Shown: positions 6,964 through 16,634, counted from the first letter of the stretch. The stretch: DNA of 64,000 nucleotides from an uncultured Actinomycetes bacterium (GCA_963769985.1 CAVYNR010000012.1:162135-226134); one strand, 5' to 3'. Numbers and translations are program-made. The notes: generated from the letters alone by a model not told the origin.

Positions 6964-8328
6964 ATGGTCCAGTCCCTTGATGACGCTCGCCGCCAACGCA
7001 ATTCCGGCACGCGCGTTCCGCCACACGACTTGGCCGCGGAGGAGTCTCTGCTCGGCGCGATGTTGCTGTCGCCCAACGCCATTGGCGCCGCCGCCGAAGT
7101 TCGCCTGAACGCGACCGACTTCTACAAGCCGGCCCACGGCCACATCCACGACGCGATCGAGACGCTCTACAACCGCGGCGAGCCTGCCGACCCGATCACG
7201 GTTGCCGACGAGTTGCACCGCGCCGGCTTGCTCGAAGCGGTCGGCGGTCCGCCCACCCTCGTCGCGCTGCAAACCGGTACGCCGGCGATCTCCAATGCCG
7301 GTCGGTACGCCAAGATCGTCGAGGAGTTTTCGCTCCTGCGCCGACTCATCGGTGTAGCGGCCGAGATCGCCGACCTCGGCTACTCGCTGCCCGACGACGT
7401 CACCGCCGTCATCGACCGCGCCGAGACTCTCGTGTTCGACGTCAAGCAGAACCGCATGACCGAAGACATGATGCCGGTCAAGGCGTTGCTGGGCGACGCG
7501 CTCGACCGCCTCGAGGCGCTCTACGAACGCGGCGAGATGGTCACGGGTGTGCCCACCGGCTTTACCGACCTCGACGAACGCCTCGCCGGCCTGCAGCCGA
7601 ACAACCTCATCGTCGTCGGCGCCCGCCCCGCCATGGGCAAGACCGCCTTCGCGCTCAACGTCCTCGCTCACGCGGCGATGAAGGGCAACGTGCCGACTCT
7701 GCTGTTCAGCCTGGAAATGGGCCGAGAAGAAATCACCCAGCGCCTGCTGACCTCCGAAGCGCGCGTCGATGCCACGAAGCTGCGTACCGGACGCTTCGAC
7801 GAGTCGGACTGGGGGCGGGTTACCAACGCCGTCGGTCGTCTCGCCGAGGCGCCGATCTTCATCGACGACAGCCCGAATGTCACCGTGATGGACATTCGGG
7901 CCAAAGCCCGCCGCCTCAAGGCCCGCGAGGGCCTCGGCTTGATCATCATCGACTACCTCCAGCTGATGTCAGGCCGGCAACGTTCCGAGAGCCGACAAGT
8001 CGAGGTGTCGGAGATGAGCCGCAGCCTCAAGATCCTCGCCCGCGAACTCCAGATCCCCGTGGTCGCGTTGTCCCAGCTCTCCCGAGGGTTGGAGGCCCGC
8101 CAGGACAAGCGCCCGCTGCTGTCGGACCTTCGCGAATCTGGCTCCATAGAACAGGATGCGGACGTCGTGATCTTCATCTATCGCGACGAGATCTATAACC
8201 CCGAGTCGTCGGACCGAGGCGCGGCGGAGATCATCGTGTCGAAGCACCGCAACGGCCCGACCGGCATCTCGCGGCTCTCGTTCCTCAGCCACCACACGCG
8301 GTTCGAGAACATGGCGCGGGGCGTCTGA
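6964..8328 (+). CDS. dnaB: replicative DNA helicase DnaB (no intein)
   Basis: 454 aa. PPHDLAAEESLLGAMLLS N-terminal motif, Walker A GARPAMGKT, IIIDYLQLM, SQLSRGLE, DADVVIFIYRDE. Confidence 0.95.
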   Translation: MVQSLDDARRQRNSGTRVPPHDLAAEESLLGAMLLSPNAIGAAAEVRLNATDFYKPAHGHIHDAIETLYNRGEPADPITVADELHRAGLLEAVGGPPTLVALQTGTPAISNAGRYAKIVEEFSLLRRLIGVAAEIADLGYSLPDDVTAVIDRAETLVFDVKQNRMTEDMMPVKALLGDALDRLEALYERGEMVTGVPTGFTDLDERLAGLQPNNLIVVGARPAMGKTAFALNVLAHAAMKGNVPTLLFSLEMGREEITQRLLTSEARVDATKLRTGRFDESDWGRVTNAVGRLAEAPIFIDDSPNVTVMDIRAKARRLKAREGLGLIIIDYLQLMSGRQRSESRQVEVSEMSRSLKILARELQIPVVALSQLSRGLEARQDKRPLLSDLRESGSIEQDADVVIFIYRDEIYNPESSDRGAAEIIVSKHRNGPTGISRLSFLSHHTRFENMARGV

Positions 8329-8527
8329 AATGGCGCTTACAACTCGCGCGTTGGTTGCGTCGCGATTCGAGAACGACGGACTTTGGGAGACTGGGCTGGC
8401 GCAACGAGCGCGCCGCGACGACCGAGGCACTACGCAATGCCTTGTCGCGTGGCCCGGATCGAAGGTCGAGCTCGCCTGGTTGCGCCGAAAAGGCAAGCGC
8501 TTCCGGCGCAGTCGCGCCTTCTAGGCG

Positions 8528-9274
8528 CTACCCCTCAAGCGCGCGCAACGCCCGCTCGGCCTCGCCGCGCGCCGATTGCGCGTCGTCGTGTGCCGAGCGC
8601 GCCGTATCGACGGCCTCGCGGGCTTGGTCGAGTCGCTGCTCGGCACGACGAAGCCGGTTCAGCTGCTTCTCGACGGCCTTGTCCAGATCGTCGAGTTCGC
8701 CGCGCGCCCGTTCGATCGCGCGCTCGTCACGCACCGGCGCGGCCCGCGGGGCCTTCTCCGGCCGCGGTTCGCCGATCCGTTCGGCGGGCTCGGGCATGCC
8801 GGCGAGCCCGAAGCCCGAGGGTGTCGGAGCGACAAGGAAGTGTCCCGCAGCAAGCACGTCAGCCAATTCGTCGTCCACGCTCGCCGCCTCGAACGCGGCA
8901 ACGGCGTCGTCGCGGTACTGATCGCCGACCGCGGCCCCGGCGCGGTCGCCAAGCGCGCGGACCTGGGCGCGCCACGCCGATGTCGCCGACCGCAAGGCGC
9001 CGTCGTCCTTGCCTTGTACGGCGCGCGCCTGGGCGGTGCGCACATCGCGGCCGGCCGAAACCAGCGCGGCTATCTCGCGCGGTGCGCTGCGAGCGACCTG
9101 GTTGACCGCCCATGCGACCGTGCTCGGCTTGCGCAACCCTTTGACCGCCACCGCGCCGGCCGTGTCGCCGTCTGCCTTCAGCTGTTTCGTCAGCGCGTCC
9201 CGGCGCGCGACGAAATCTGCGAGGTCAGCGTCGAACAACTCGTCCACGCCCGGCAGGTCGAATACGTCGGTCAT
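8528..9274 (-). CDS. hypothetical Ala/Arg/Asp-rich coiled-coil-like protein, translationally coupled to copCD
   Basis: 248 aa ORF. Its ATG (9274-9272) overlaps the TGA (9273-9271) of the CopC/CopD gene. C-terminal third is heptad-like (LDDLDKAVEKQLNRLRRAEQRLDQAREAVDTA). No family recognised. Confidence 0.55.
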   Translation of the reverse strand: MTDVFDLPGVDELFDADLADFVARRDALTKQLKADGDTAGAVAVKGLRKPSTVAWAVNQVARSAPREIAALVSAGRDVRTAQARAVQGKDDGALRSATSAWRAQVRALGDRAGAAVGDQYRDDAVAAFEAASVDDELADVLAAGHFLVAPTPSGFGLAGMPEPAERIGEPRPEKAPRAAPVRDERAIERARGELDDLDKAVEKQLNRLRRAEQRLDQAREAVDTARSAHDDAQSARGEAERALRALEG

Positions 9275-10908
9275 CGGATGTCGACGGTGCCGTCGAAGAC
9301 CTCTTGATCAATGTCGGAGGTCCGGGCGGTCACGTCCATGCGCCAACGACCTTTGAGCGGGAGTTGGAGATCGAGCGCCTGGTAGTGACCGGGCCCGGCG
9401 AGCTGAAGGTCCACGGGTATGGGGGCGATGCCTTGATCGGGCAAGGACATCGTGAGGGTCATCTCGACAACCGCCTGCGGCTGGCCGGCCTTGGTCAGCG
9501 TGTAGAGGTGGATCGTGTTTACCCCGGCGCGGCCGGGCGAGACGGTGTAGTCGATGAGCATCGTGGCGCTGGTCAGCTCGCCGGACTGTGGCGCCGCCGC
9601 GAGCACTTTCGCCGGCACCGCATTTACGAGTAGCCCCGTAACGCTCAGCACTGCCACCGCGAGCGCCGCTTCGATGACCACCGTGCGTCGCACCTTGCTG
9701 GCGGTGTTGGCCGTCCAGCGCGCGAATGTGGCCCGACGGCTCAGAAACGCCATGCCAAGCATCGCTACGACGATCGACGTCTTGACGATGAGCAGCGTGC
9801 CGAAGGACGTCGACGTCAGCGCGTCGAGGGTGCCGACCTGTCGCCACGCCTGAAAAAGTCCGGTGGCCACCAGCACCGTCACCGCGCCGAACGCGAGTTG
9901 GCCGAACCGGCGCGTCAGGGCGGCGAGATCGTCGGTTCGCCGCGGCAACGCGAACACCACGAGCACGACGAGGCCGCCGACCCACACCGAGGCCGCCCCG
10001 ACGTGCAGCACATCGGCGACCAACGCCCACGGTCGGTGCGAGCCTTTGGACGCGTGACCGGCGAGGCCGGGCGTCGCGGCAACCGCGCCGCCCACGAGGA
10101 GTGCGGGCACGCGCCACCACTTTGGAAGGAAGGCGCGCCGAAACATGATCGCCAGCAAGGGAACGGCGGTGGCGAGCAACGCCAGCCGGGCGACATAGAC
10201 GTGGCCGAAGCGGGTGTCGAGCACACCGTCGATGACCGACCAGCTGAAGGCTTCTCCGAGTCCCAGGCCGCCGCCATACGCGCCTTGCAGCAACAGGTTG
10301 GCAAGGGTGGCGACGACGAGCACGCTCCAGGCCACGACCGCGCCGCGCCGCACGCCGCGCACCGCCGTCCCGTCGGGCCACACCAGAACGAGGAAGGCGG
10401 CGCCGCCTAGCAACAACAACATCGCCGCGAATGCGATGGAGCGCCCGGCGCTGTAGAGCACTCCGACGGTGTCGCTGCCCGCCCGATCAGCCAACAAGCC
10501 AGCGACCTCACCCTCGTCGACGGCTTTGGCGTCGCCGACCAGAAACGTGAACGCACCTTGGATCGGGTGGCTATCGGAGGAGATGACGCGCCACGTCACG
10601 ACGTACGAGCCGTCATCGAGCTTGGGCAGCGCGACCGAAACGGCGGCCCCGTCGCCGTTCGGATGGCTGATGCGTCCGCTGTCGATCCGGTTTCCGTCGC
10701 CGTCGAACACACGCACCGCGCCGAGGGAACCCTCAACGCTTTCGGAGAAGCGCAACAACACGTTCTTGGGGCCGGCATCGAGCCGTTCGCCGTTGCGCGG
10801 CGCGGTGTCTTTCAGCGTCGCGTGCGCGGACGCGGGCGCCGCTAACGCGATCAGGAACCCAAACGTCAGCGCGACGACGACAAGGAGCTTCCTAATCGGC
10901 GCGGCCAC
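9271..10908 (-). CDS. CopC-CopD fusion copper resistance/uptake membrane protein (YcnJ-like)
   Basis: Signal peptide then CopC-type HATLKDTAPRNGERLDAGPKNVLLRFSESV. This is followed by a polytopic CopD-like membrane region and a C-terminal extracytoplasmic domain. Confidence 0.8.
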   Translation of the reverse strand: MAAPIRKLLVVVALTFGFLIALAAPASAHATLKDTAPRNGERLDAGPKNVLLRFSESVEGSLGAVRVFDGDGNRIDSGRISHPNGDGAAVSVALPKLDDGSYVVTWRVISSDSHPIQGAFTFLVGDAKAVDEGEVAGLLADRAGSDTVGVLYSAGRSIAFAAMLLLLGGAAFLVLVWPDGTAVRGVRRGAVVAWSVLVVATLANLLLQGAYGGGLGLGEAFSWSVIDGVLDTRFGHVYVARLALLATAVPLLAIMFRRAFLPKWWRVPALLVGGAVAATPGLAGHASKGSHRPWALVADVLHVGAASVWVGGLVVLVVFALPRRTDDLAALTRRFGQLAFGAVTVLVATGLFQAWRQVGTLDALTSTSFGTLLIVKTSIVVAMLGMAFLSRRATFARWTANTASKVRRTVVIEAALAVAVLSVTGLLVNAVPAKVLAAAPQSGELTSATMLIDYTVSPGRAGVNTIHLYTLTKAGQPQAVVEMTLTMSLPDQGIAPIPVDLQLAGPGHYQALDLQLPLKGRWRMDVTARTSDIDQEVFDGTVDIR

Positions 10909-11590
10909 CCTTGACGCGGCGAGCGCTGACCGCGATGGCGCCGGCGATTAGCGCCAGCACGATGCCGACGATGGCGAGCGTGCGTGCCTGATCGGCGTCG
11001 CTGACAACGCTGCCGAAGGTCGGACCATCGCTGGCAGCATCGTCGTCGGGCTCGGAGCCCACCGCGGTGGTCTCGGTGACCTCGGCCGCGTCATCGTGGT
11101 GGTCGTCGGTGGCCGCCGTGAGCTTCAGTACCGGCGCGGGATGTTCGGGCTCCTCGCCACTCGCCGGAGTGGCATCGATCCACCGCGAGACCTCTCCGTC
11201 GGAGTAGGTCTGGATGGCCTTGAAGACCAGTTCGTCGACGTCGTCAGGAATCGGACCGACCGACACGTCGAACTCTTGGAACTCGCCGGGGGCGATCTTG
11301 CCGCCGGTCCATGTGATTTTGCTGACTACCTTGCCGCTCTTCGTGGTTGCGGCGCTCCAGCCCGGCACCGGCTTCACCGACACGAACTCGAGGGCCGCGT
11401 TGGTCGGAAAGTTGACTTCGAGCGCCGTTGTGCTGGCCGTGTCGGACTCGTTCGGCACCCGGAAGGTGAGCTTGGCGAAGCTGCCTTTCGCGGCGCTGCT
11501 TGGGTTGACGGTGACGTGCGCGAACGCGGGAGTCGTGGCAAGCAGGAACACGCCGGTCAGGATGAAAAGAGCAACAAGTCGTCTACGCAT
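10892..11590 (-). CDS. YcnI-like (DUF1775) copper-binding protein with C-terminal membrane anchor
   Basis: Start taken at MRRRLVALFIL (11590). Mature N-terminus HVTVNPSSAAKGSFAKLTFRVPNESD is typical of DUF1775. Acidic linker and a TM helix at the C-terminus. Confidence 0.75.
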   Translation of the reverse strand: MRRRLVALFILTGVFLLATTPAFAHVTVNPSSAAKGSFAKLTFRVPNESDTASTTALEVNFPTNAALEFVSVKPVPGWSAATTKSGKVVSKITWTGGKIAPGEFQEFDVSVGPIPDDVDELVFKAIQTYSDGEVSRWIDATPASGEEPEHPAPVLKLTAATDDHHDDAAEVTETTAVGSEPDDDAASDGPTFGSVVSDADQARTLAIVGIVLALIAGAIAVSARRVKGGRAD

Positions 11591-11625
11591 GCAGCCATAG
11601 TCGGCCACGGGGCGCCGAAAGTTCC

Positions 11626-12763
11626 CTACGCCACGGGAAAGCGATCGCGCAGCCAGTCGATGATGGGCGCGAGGGCTTCGCGTTGGCGGCCGGTGAAGTA
11701 GTGGACTGCTCCTTCGATCTCGACGTAGGCCTTGTCGGTCGCGCCCGACACTTCGAACGCGCCCCGCGCCTGGTGGAGCCGGATCTCGGTGTCGGCCGTG
11801 GGATGCACGAACAACGACGGGATCGTCACGCTCGGCAAGTTCTCGGCCAACGCCGCATGCGAGCTGAGGCCCGACCAGGTGGAGAGCCAGCCGCGCGCCG
11901 TCATCACCCGCGCCAGGCCGTACCCGTAGTTGGCGTCGTGGGGATCCGGGTAGGCGAAGATCGAACCGAGCGGGCGATCGTCGGGATCAATCGTCGGGTC
12001 GAGGTAGGCGGGGTCAGCCAGAGTGCGGTAGGTCGTGATGTACCGGATGTGCGCGGCGTGCCGACGGTCGGGGTTCTCGGCGCGGTCAGCCAGCGCGGCG
12101 CGGGCGATGCCGTCGAACGTGCGCGACGCGGTCGCGTTGCGCGGCGCGATAGGTCGCCACCCACGCCGGGTCATACGACGACTCGTTGGGCCACGGCTTC
12201 CACCCGTTGTCGGGGTTGTACATGTCGAGCGAGCGGTCACAGGAGAACGGATCTGACTCGTCGGTGACCGATGGGTCGATCACCTGGAGCATGAACACGC
12301 CCTCGCCCGGGTGAGCGGCCAACGCGACGTACGCGTCGCCAAGGCGCTCCCCGCGTTCGGCTGCAGCCGCCTCGGCCAGCGCCATCAGCGAACCGCCGCC
12401 GGAGTTGCCGAGAAGGACGATGTGTTGCGCGCCACGAGCGCGGGCCTCACCCACGAGGACCTGCACGTCGACAACACAGTTTTCGTGCAGACAGTCGATG
12501 TCGTTGTTGACGTACCGCGTGGCGCCGCCGAGCACGGCGTAACCCGCCGCGGCGAGTTGCGGCGCCGCGTAGTGCACGGAGAAATCGCCGCGCGGATGCG
12601 TCAGGACAACGGCGGTGTTCCAGTTCGTGCCGGCGGGCGGTGTCCAGAAGATGCCGCGCACGACCGCACCGTCAGGCGTGACCGCGTACACCGGTTCCCG
12701 GCGCGGCTCAACCGACGGCGCTTCGTCGGGATCGGGCCAGTACCCGAGGAACGGTCGGGTCAC
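11626..12763 (-). pseudogene. alpha/beta hydrolase family protein, one frame change as sequenced
   Basis: ORF 12086..12763 (nucleophile elbow GNSGGG) continues in ORF 11626..12240 from ...[14 protein letters not shown] to the C-terminus. Junction near 12120. Confidence 0.65.
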
Positions 12764-13299
12764 GCCGGGCTGTGGGCCGACGCCTCGTGGAAGGTGACCT
12801 TCGGATCAGGATCGAGCGATGGATTTAGTTCCAGCAACCGACGCTGCGCCTCGGCGCGGTCGTTGTCGTCAAAGGCCCGCGTTGTGCAACAGAACTCCAC
12901 CAGGATGCCGTTCGGGTCGTCGGTGTAGATCGACACGCAGAACTCGTGGTCGATTTCGACCACGTCGTAGCCCTGCGAGAGCCACTGGTCGCGATGGCCG
13001 ACGAGGTCATCGAGGGTCGGGGCGTCGAAGGCCAGATGGTTGACCCACGCGGGCAGACCGAGGTCGGTGGAAATGGCCGTCTTGGCCGCCACCTTTTCGT
13101 TGGCGGCGTCGTGCAGTTCCCAGAACGCGATGTCGCCGTTGCCGCCGGTGTCGTAGAAGAAATGCTTGGCCCATCCGCCTTCAGGCGACGCGCCGACCAC
13201 GACCTTCTGCAACGTGAAACCCATCGCCTCGGTATAGAAGCGATGGGTGGCGTCGGTGTCCTTGCTGGCGAACGCAACGTGATGAAAGCCCATCCCCAA
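12760..13299 (-). CDS. VOC/glyoxalase family protein
   Basis: [30 protein letters not shown] and a second beta-alpha-beta-beta-beta module (VNHLAFDAP). ATGA-type overlap with the downstream hydrolase gene. Confidence 0.75.
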   Translation of the reverse strand: MGMGFHHVAFASKDTDATHRFYTEAMGFTLQKVVVGASPEGGWAKHFFYDTGGNGDIAFWELHDAANEKVAAKTAISTDLGLPAWVNHLAFDAPTLDDLVGHRDQWLSQGYDVVEIDHEFCVSIYTDDPNGILVEFCCTTRAFDDNDRAEAQRRLLELNPSLDPDPKVTFHEASAHSPA

Positions 13300-13316
13300 A
13301 CCGTACAGTCGGGCGA

Positions 13317-14221
13317 ATGCCGGTCGCCCTCACGCGTCAGCAGGCGTCGTTGGCGTTGGCGGCCACCACCACGATGTGGGGGACGGTGCCGCTCATCGTT
13401 CGCAGCGTCGACCTGCCTTCGGCCGCGATCGTGGCGGCCCGGTTCTGGTTCGCCGCCGTAGCCCTCGGCGGCGTGTTGGCGTGGGAACGCCGCACGAACC
13501 GGCCATCGGGACCGCCCATCTGGTCGATCCAGCGAGGTCGCTGCGCCGTCGTGTGCGTCGTGCTGGTCGTGCATTGGATGTGTGAGATCGCGGCGTTTCA
13601 GCGCGCGCCGAGTCGGCACGGTGCTGTTCATCGTGTTTTTGGCGCCGGTCGGCATCGCCGCGCTCGGCACCGCGGGTCTTGCACGAGCACCTCGACGCCC
13701 GGACGATCGGCGCACTCGCGCTGGCGGTGGCGGGCTTCGTGCTGATGTCGGGCCGGGCGCTTCAGTCGAGCGGCGCCGTTGGACTCGCGCTGGCGCTCGG
13801 CGCCGCGGTCACCTTCGTCGTGCTCGTGCTGGTCAACAAACCCCTCGCCGACTCGTACGGCGGCGTCCGCGCCGCGCAGATGCAGATGACCGGTGCCGGC
13901 ATCCTGATCGCGCCGGTCGTCGCGTTCAGCGTGCACCTTCCTTCGCCGGCGCCGGCGTGGCTTTGGCTCGTCGTGCTGGGCGTGATCCACACCGGCCTGG
14001 CCATCGCCGTCTACCTGACTGCGCTTTCGATCATCGGTGCCACCACCACCGGCGTGCTCGGCTATCTCGAGCCGGCCACGGCCGTACTCTGGGCGTGGCT
14101 GGTGCTCAACGAATCACCGGCCACGGTCACACTGGTCGGCGGCGCGGCGATCCTCGTCGCCGGCCTACTGGTCGTGCGAAACAAACAACCGGCTTTGGAG
14201 GCCATCGGTGTTTCTGGGTGA
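13317..14221 (+). pseudogene. EamA/DMT-family transporter, two frame changes as sequenced
   Basis: TM-rich text runs in frame 0 (13317 to ~13610), frame 1 (VGTVLFIVFLAPVGIAALGTAG, to ~13678) and frame 2 (LHEHLDARTIGALALAVAGFVLM ... LVGGAAILVAGLLVV to 14221). Confidence 0.65.
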
Positions 14222-14414
14222 AAACTTGCTCCCCTTGTTGGTGCTGGCGCTCGGCGGGGCGATGGCGTTCGGCAACATCCTGGCCATCGTGCGGCCACCG
14301 GCGAAGCCGCGCGACGGAGAGTTGGCAAAGGCACCGATCGGGCGCAGCGTGACAATGGCCACCGTCGGACTCATCGCCGCGACCTGGGCCCTCGTCTCCC
14401 TGATCGCCGGCTAG
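14208..14414 (+). CDS. small two-helix membrane protein (hypothetical)
   Basis: GTG at 14208 in the frame of ORF 14037..14414. Reads VFLGENLLPLLVLALGGAMAFGNILAIV...MATVGLIAATWALVSLIAG. Overlaps the end of the EamA gene by 14 nt. Confidence 0.45.
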   Translation: MFLGENLLPLLVLALGGAMAFGNILAIVRPPAKPRDGELAKAPIGRSVTMATVGLIAATWALVSLIAG

Positions 14415-14430
14415 AAGAACTGGGCGACGC

Positions 14431-14622
14431 TTAAGCCCCGCCCTTGGGTGCCGCGCTGGAGCCGTGGGGCTGGGCGGGCGACGTGAGCCACGCCCACGCT
14501 TCGGCGAGGTTGAGGAGTTGCGCGGACGTCGCGCCTTCCGAGCGCTGGCGAATCGCCTCGAACAGAGCGACCCGCGCCTCGAATCCGGCGCGGTTCAATG
14601 CTTCAGCTTGCTGTTCGTCCAC
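14431..14622 (-). CDS. small hypothetical protein
   Basis: 63 aa ORF with ordinary composition (MDEQQAEALNRAGFEARVALFEAIRQRSEG...). No family recognised. Confidence 0.4.
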   Translation of the reverse strand: MDEQQAEALNRAGFEARVALFEAIRQRSEGATSAQLLNLAEAWAWLTSPAQPHGSSAAPKGGA

Positions 14623-14693
14623 CTCGGTCCTCCTCCAACTCCCGCTGCCGTAAGCCCAGTACAGGCCTACCGGTCAGGAGCGAGCGAACGAGT

Positions 14694-15104
14694 TTACGCG
14701 GGCACAACCTTGGCTGTGCAATGCGCGCAGCGGGTAGCGGCCGTAGGGATCGAGCTGAGGCACTCGGGGCAGTCGCGCATCGACGGCGTGACGTCGTCCT
14801 CTTCGCCGCGGGCTCGGCGGGCCAAAAGCGCGTTTACTGGCTTCACCACCAGGAAAAACACCGCGGCCGCGACTGACAAGAACGAGATCAAGACGTTGAG
14901 GAAATCGCCGTAGAGGAACTTGCTCTCGCGAATCGTGAAATGCAGCGAGGAGAAATCGGTTTCGCCCGGAATGGCGAGGAGCGGCGTAATGAGGTCTTTG
15001 ACCAACGCGTTCACGACGGCGCCAAACGCCGCACCGATGACCACGGCCACGGCCAGGTCCACCACATTTCCTTTGAGGATGAAGGCCTTGAACTCTTTGA
15101 GCAT
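14694..15104 (-). CDS. mscL: large-conductance mechanosensitive channel MscL with C-terminal CxxC...CxxC zinc-ribbon-like tail
   Basis: MLKEFKAFILKGNVVDLAVAVVIGAAFGAVVNALVKDLITPLL is the MscL signature. Tail is DCPECLSSIPTAATRCAHCTAKV. Confidence 0.9.
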   Translation of the reverse strand: MLKEFKAFILKGNVVDLAVAVVIGAAFGAVVNALVKDLITPLLAIPGETDFSSLHFTIRESKFLYGDFLNVLISFLSVAAAVFFLVVKPVNALLARRARGEEDDVTPSMRDCPECLSSIPTAATRCAHCTAKVVPA

Positions 15105-15178
15105 GTTGGTTTCCTTCCGACGGCGGTGACCGACGGTAACGTCGCTCCGTCAACCGAAACCACAGTTGGGGGAAATCA

Positions 15179-15313
15179 ATGCGACGCCTTATCGCTCGGA
15201 TTCAGCGCACGGATCGCGGCGCCAGCCTCGTCGAATACGGACTGCTCGTCGTAGCCATCCTCGTCGCCTCGTCAGCGAGCGGCCAGGACGCACTTTCGGC
15301 TCTCCTGCCGTAG
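15179..15313 (+). CDS. flp: Flp/Fap family type IVb pilin precursor (44 aa, below the ORF-track cutoff)
   Basis: ATG 15179 preceded by GGGGGA. MRRLIARIQRTDRG|ASLVEYGLLVVAILVASSASGQDALSALLP carries the Flp G/xxxxEY processing motif and a hydrophobic core. TAG at 15311-15313. Confidence 0.75.
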   Translation: MRRLIARIQRTDRGASLVEYGLLVVAILVASSASGQDALSALLP

Positions 15314-15327
15314 TCGTCACAGCAGCC

Positions 15328-16026
15328 CTACGGCCGGCCTCCGTCGAGTCGGGCGTGCGCGCCCAAGTCGGCGCGGTCGGCGGCCACGCGGCCGGACAAC
15401 CACCCGCCGCGATGACTCAACGTGGTCCGGCGGGTGCGCAGGGCCGGGAAGCTTTCGCTCATGAAGTCCTCGACCGCCCCTTCCCGCGCCGCCAGCAACG
15501 GCACCAACGCGGCACCGTGTTCGACCGTGGCTTCCTCGGTGGCCGTGGCGCGCGCCTCTCGCAGTCGCGCGCCGATCCGTGCCCCGAACGACACGAAGAA
15601 CGCGTGACGGAACGCGCGCAGCCGCCCGTCGGTGATGCGCGCCCCGGCGGCATGCATCTCACGCGTCGCTTGCACGAGCAAGGACGCGAACATCACCTCG
15701 CTCACCTCGACGTCTGACTCGAAGCCGATAAGCGTGATCGTGCCTCGGTCACCGGTGACGACCCGCACGTCGTTGGCGCTCGCAACGCCGGCCAACACGG
15801 TGACCTTGGCGCTGCGGTACGGATCGGCGATGGTGATGATCCGCAAGACCGGTTTGGCACCGGCCCGGCGCGGTCCCGCGGAGGCCAGCACGTCGTCGAT
15901 GGCGTGGCGCGTCATCAACTCCTGCGCCTTGGCCACAAACGCGGCCGCCTCTTCGGGATAGGGCGTGGACTCTGCCTTGGCTAGCAACGCCTGCACCCTC
16001 GCCAGCATCTTGTCGTCGCCCGCCAT
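15328..16026 (-). CDS. DUF2786 domain protein
   Basis: N-terminus MLARVQALLAKAESTPYPEEAAAFVAKAQELMTRHAIDD matches the DUF2786 pattern. 232 aa. Confidence 0.7.
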   Translation of the reverse strand: MAGDDKMLARVQALLAKAESTPYPEEAAAFVAKAQELMTRHAIDDVLASAGPRRAGAKPVLRIITIADPYRSAKVTVLAGVASANDVRVVTGDRGTITLIGFESDVEVSEVMFASLLVQATREMHAAGARITDGRLRAFRHAFFVSFGARIGARLREARATATEEATVEHGAALVPLLAAREGAVEDFMSESFPALRTRRTTLSHRGGWLSGRVAADRADLGAHARLDGGRP

Positions 16027-16032
16027 GGTCCG

Positions 16033-16055
16033 AACCTATCCAGGGGGTGTGACAC
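16033..16055 (-). promoter_or_regulatory. GTGTCACAC-N8-TAGGTT element immediately upstream of the DUF2786 gene (would give a leaderless mRNA)
   Basis: Minus strand reads GTGTCACAC (16055-16047), CCCCTGGA, TAGGTT (16038-16033), CGGACC, ATG (16026). TAGGTT fits TAnnnT 6 nt before the ATG. Confidence 0.5.
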
Positions 16056-16071
16056 TCAGGGCCGACCGGGG

Positions 16072-16634
16072 TTACGTGCAGCCGCCGCCGAAGTGCACGA
16101 TTGAGCCACCGTCGGTCAGACCCATCGCCTCGAGTCCGCCGACGGGAGTTTCGATCGCGATAGCGGAACGGATCTCTCGACGCGTACGACGGGCACGCTT
16201 TGCCTGACGGACAGGCGTCCATCACCGCGTAGTCGACGAGTCGACCCTGTCGCGTCGTACCAGCCGATGGACAAGTCGACGGGCACGAAGTGGTTAATGA
16301 ACGTCGTGGTCGAATCCTCCGCGAAGGCGAACACCATCGCGTCGTACCCGCCGAGGTCGCGCCGCCCCTGCATGCCTTGCCTTCGGGCCTGCTCCGTGGC
16401 GGCGAGCAGCGCGCACCGCACCGCCGGACTGTCGTTGACGCGGAAACCGACGCGGCCGAAGCCGGCGACGAACGCGAGGTCGGTCCGCTCGTCGGGCTCG
16501 GCCGGCTGGTCGGTGAGCACGCGGTAGATCACCACGCCCGTGCCGATCACGACGGGCAGCGTGAGTGCAGCTGCGATGAGAAGCGCTATGACCCGCAGGT
16601 GCAGACGGGGACGGAGGTCCTCGTCATCGATCAC
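16072..16634 (-). pseudogene. DUF192 family protein, two frame changes as sequenced
   Basis: N-terminal TM then ...GMQGRRDLGGYDAMVFAF...FINHFVPVDLSIGWYDATG. Continues as RLVDYAVMDACPSGKACPSYASRDPFRY (second frame), then AIETPVGGLEAMGLTDGGSIVHFGGGCT-stop at 16074-16072 (third frame). Junctions near 16245 and 16160. Confidence 0.65.

Noticed and set aside
8329-8527. Small ORFs (for example 8330..8524) in the dnaB downstream spacer
   Set aside because: They are Arg-rich with no start context or motif. The spacer lies between convergent genes and contains a GCGCCG...CGGCGC hairpin, so it is more likely a terminator region.
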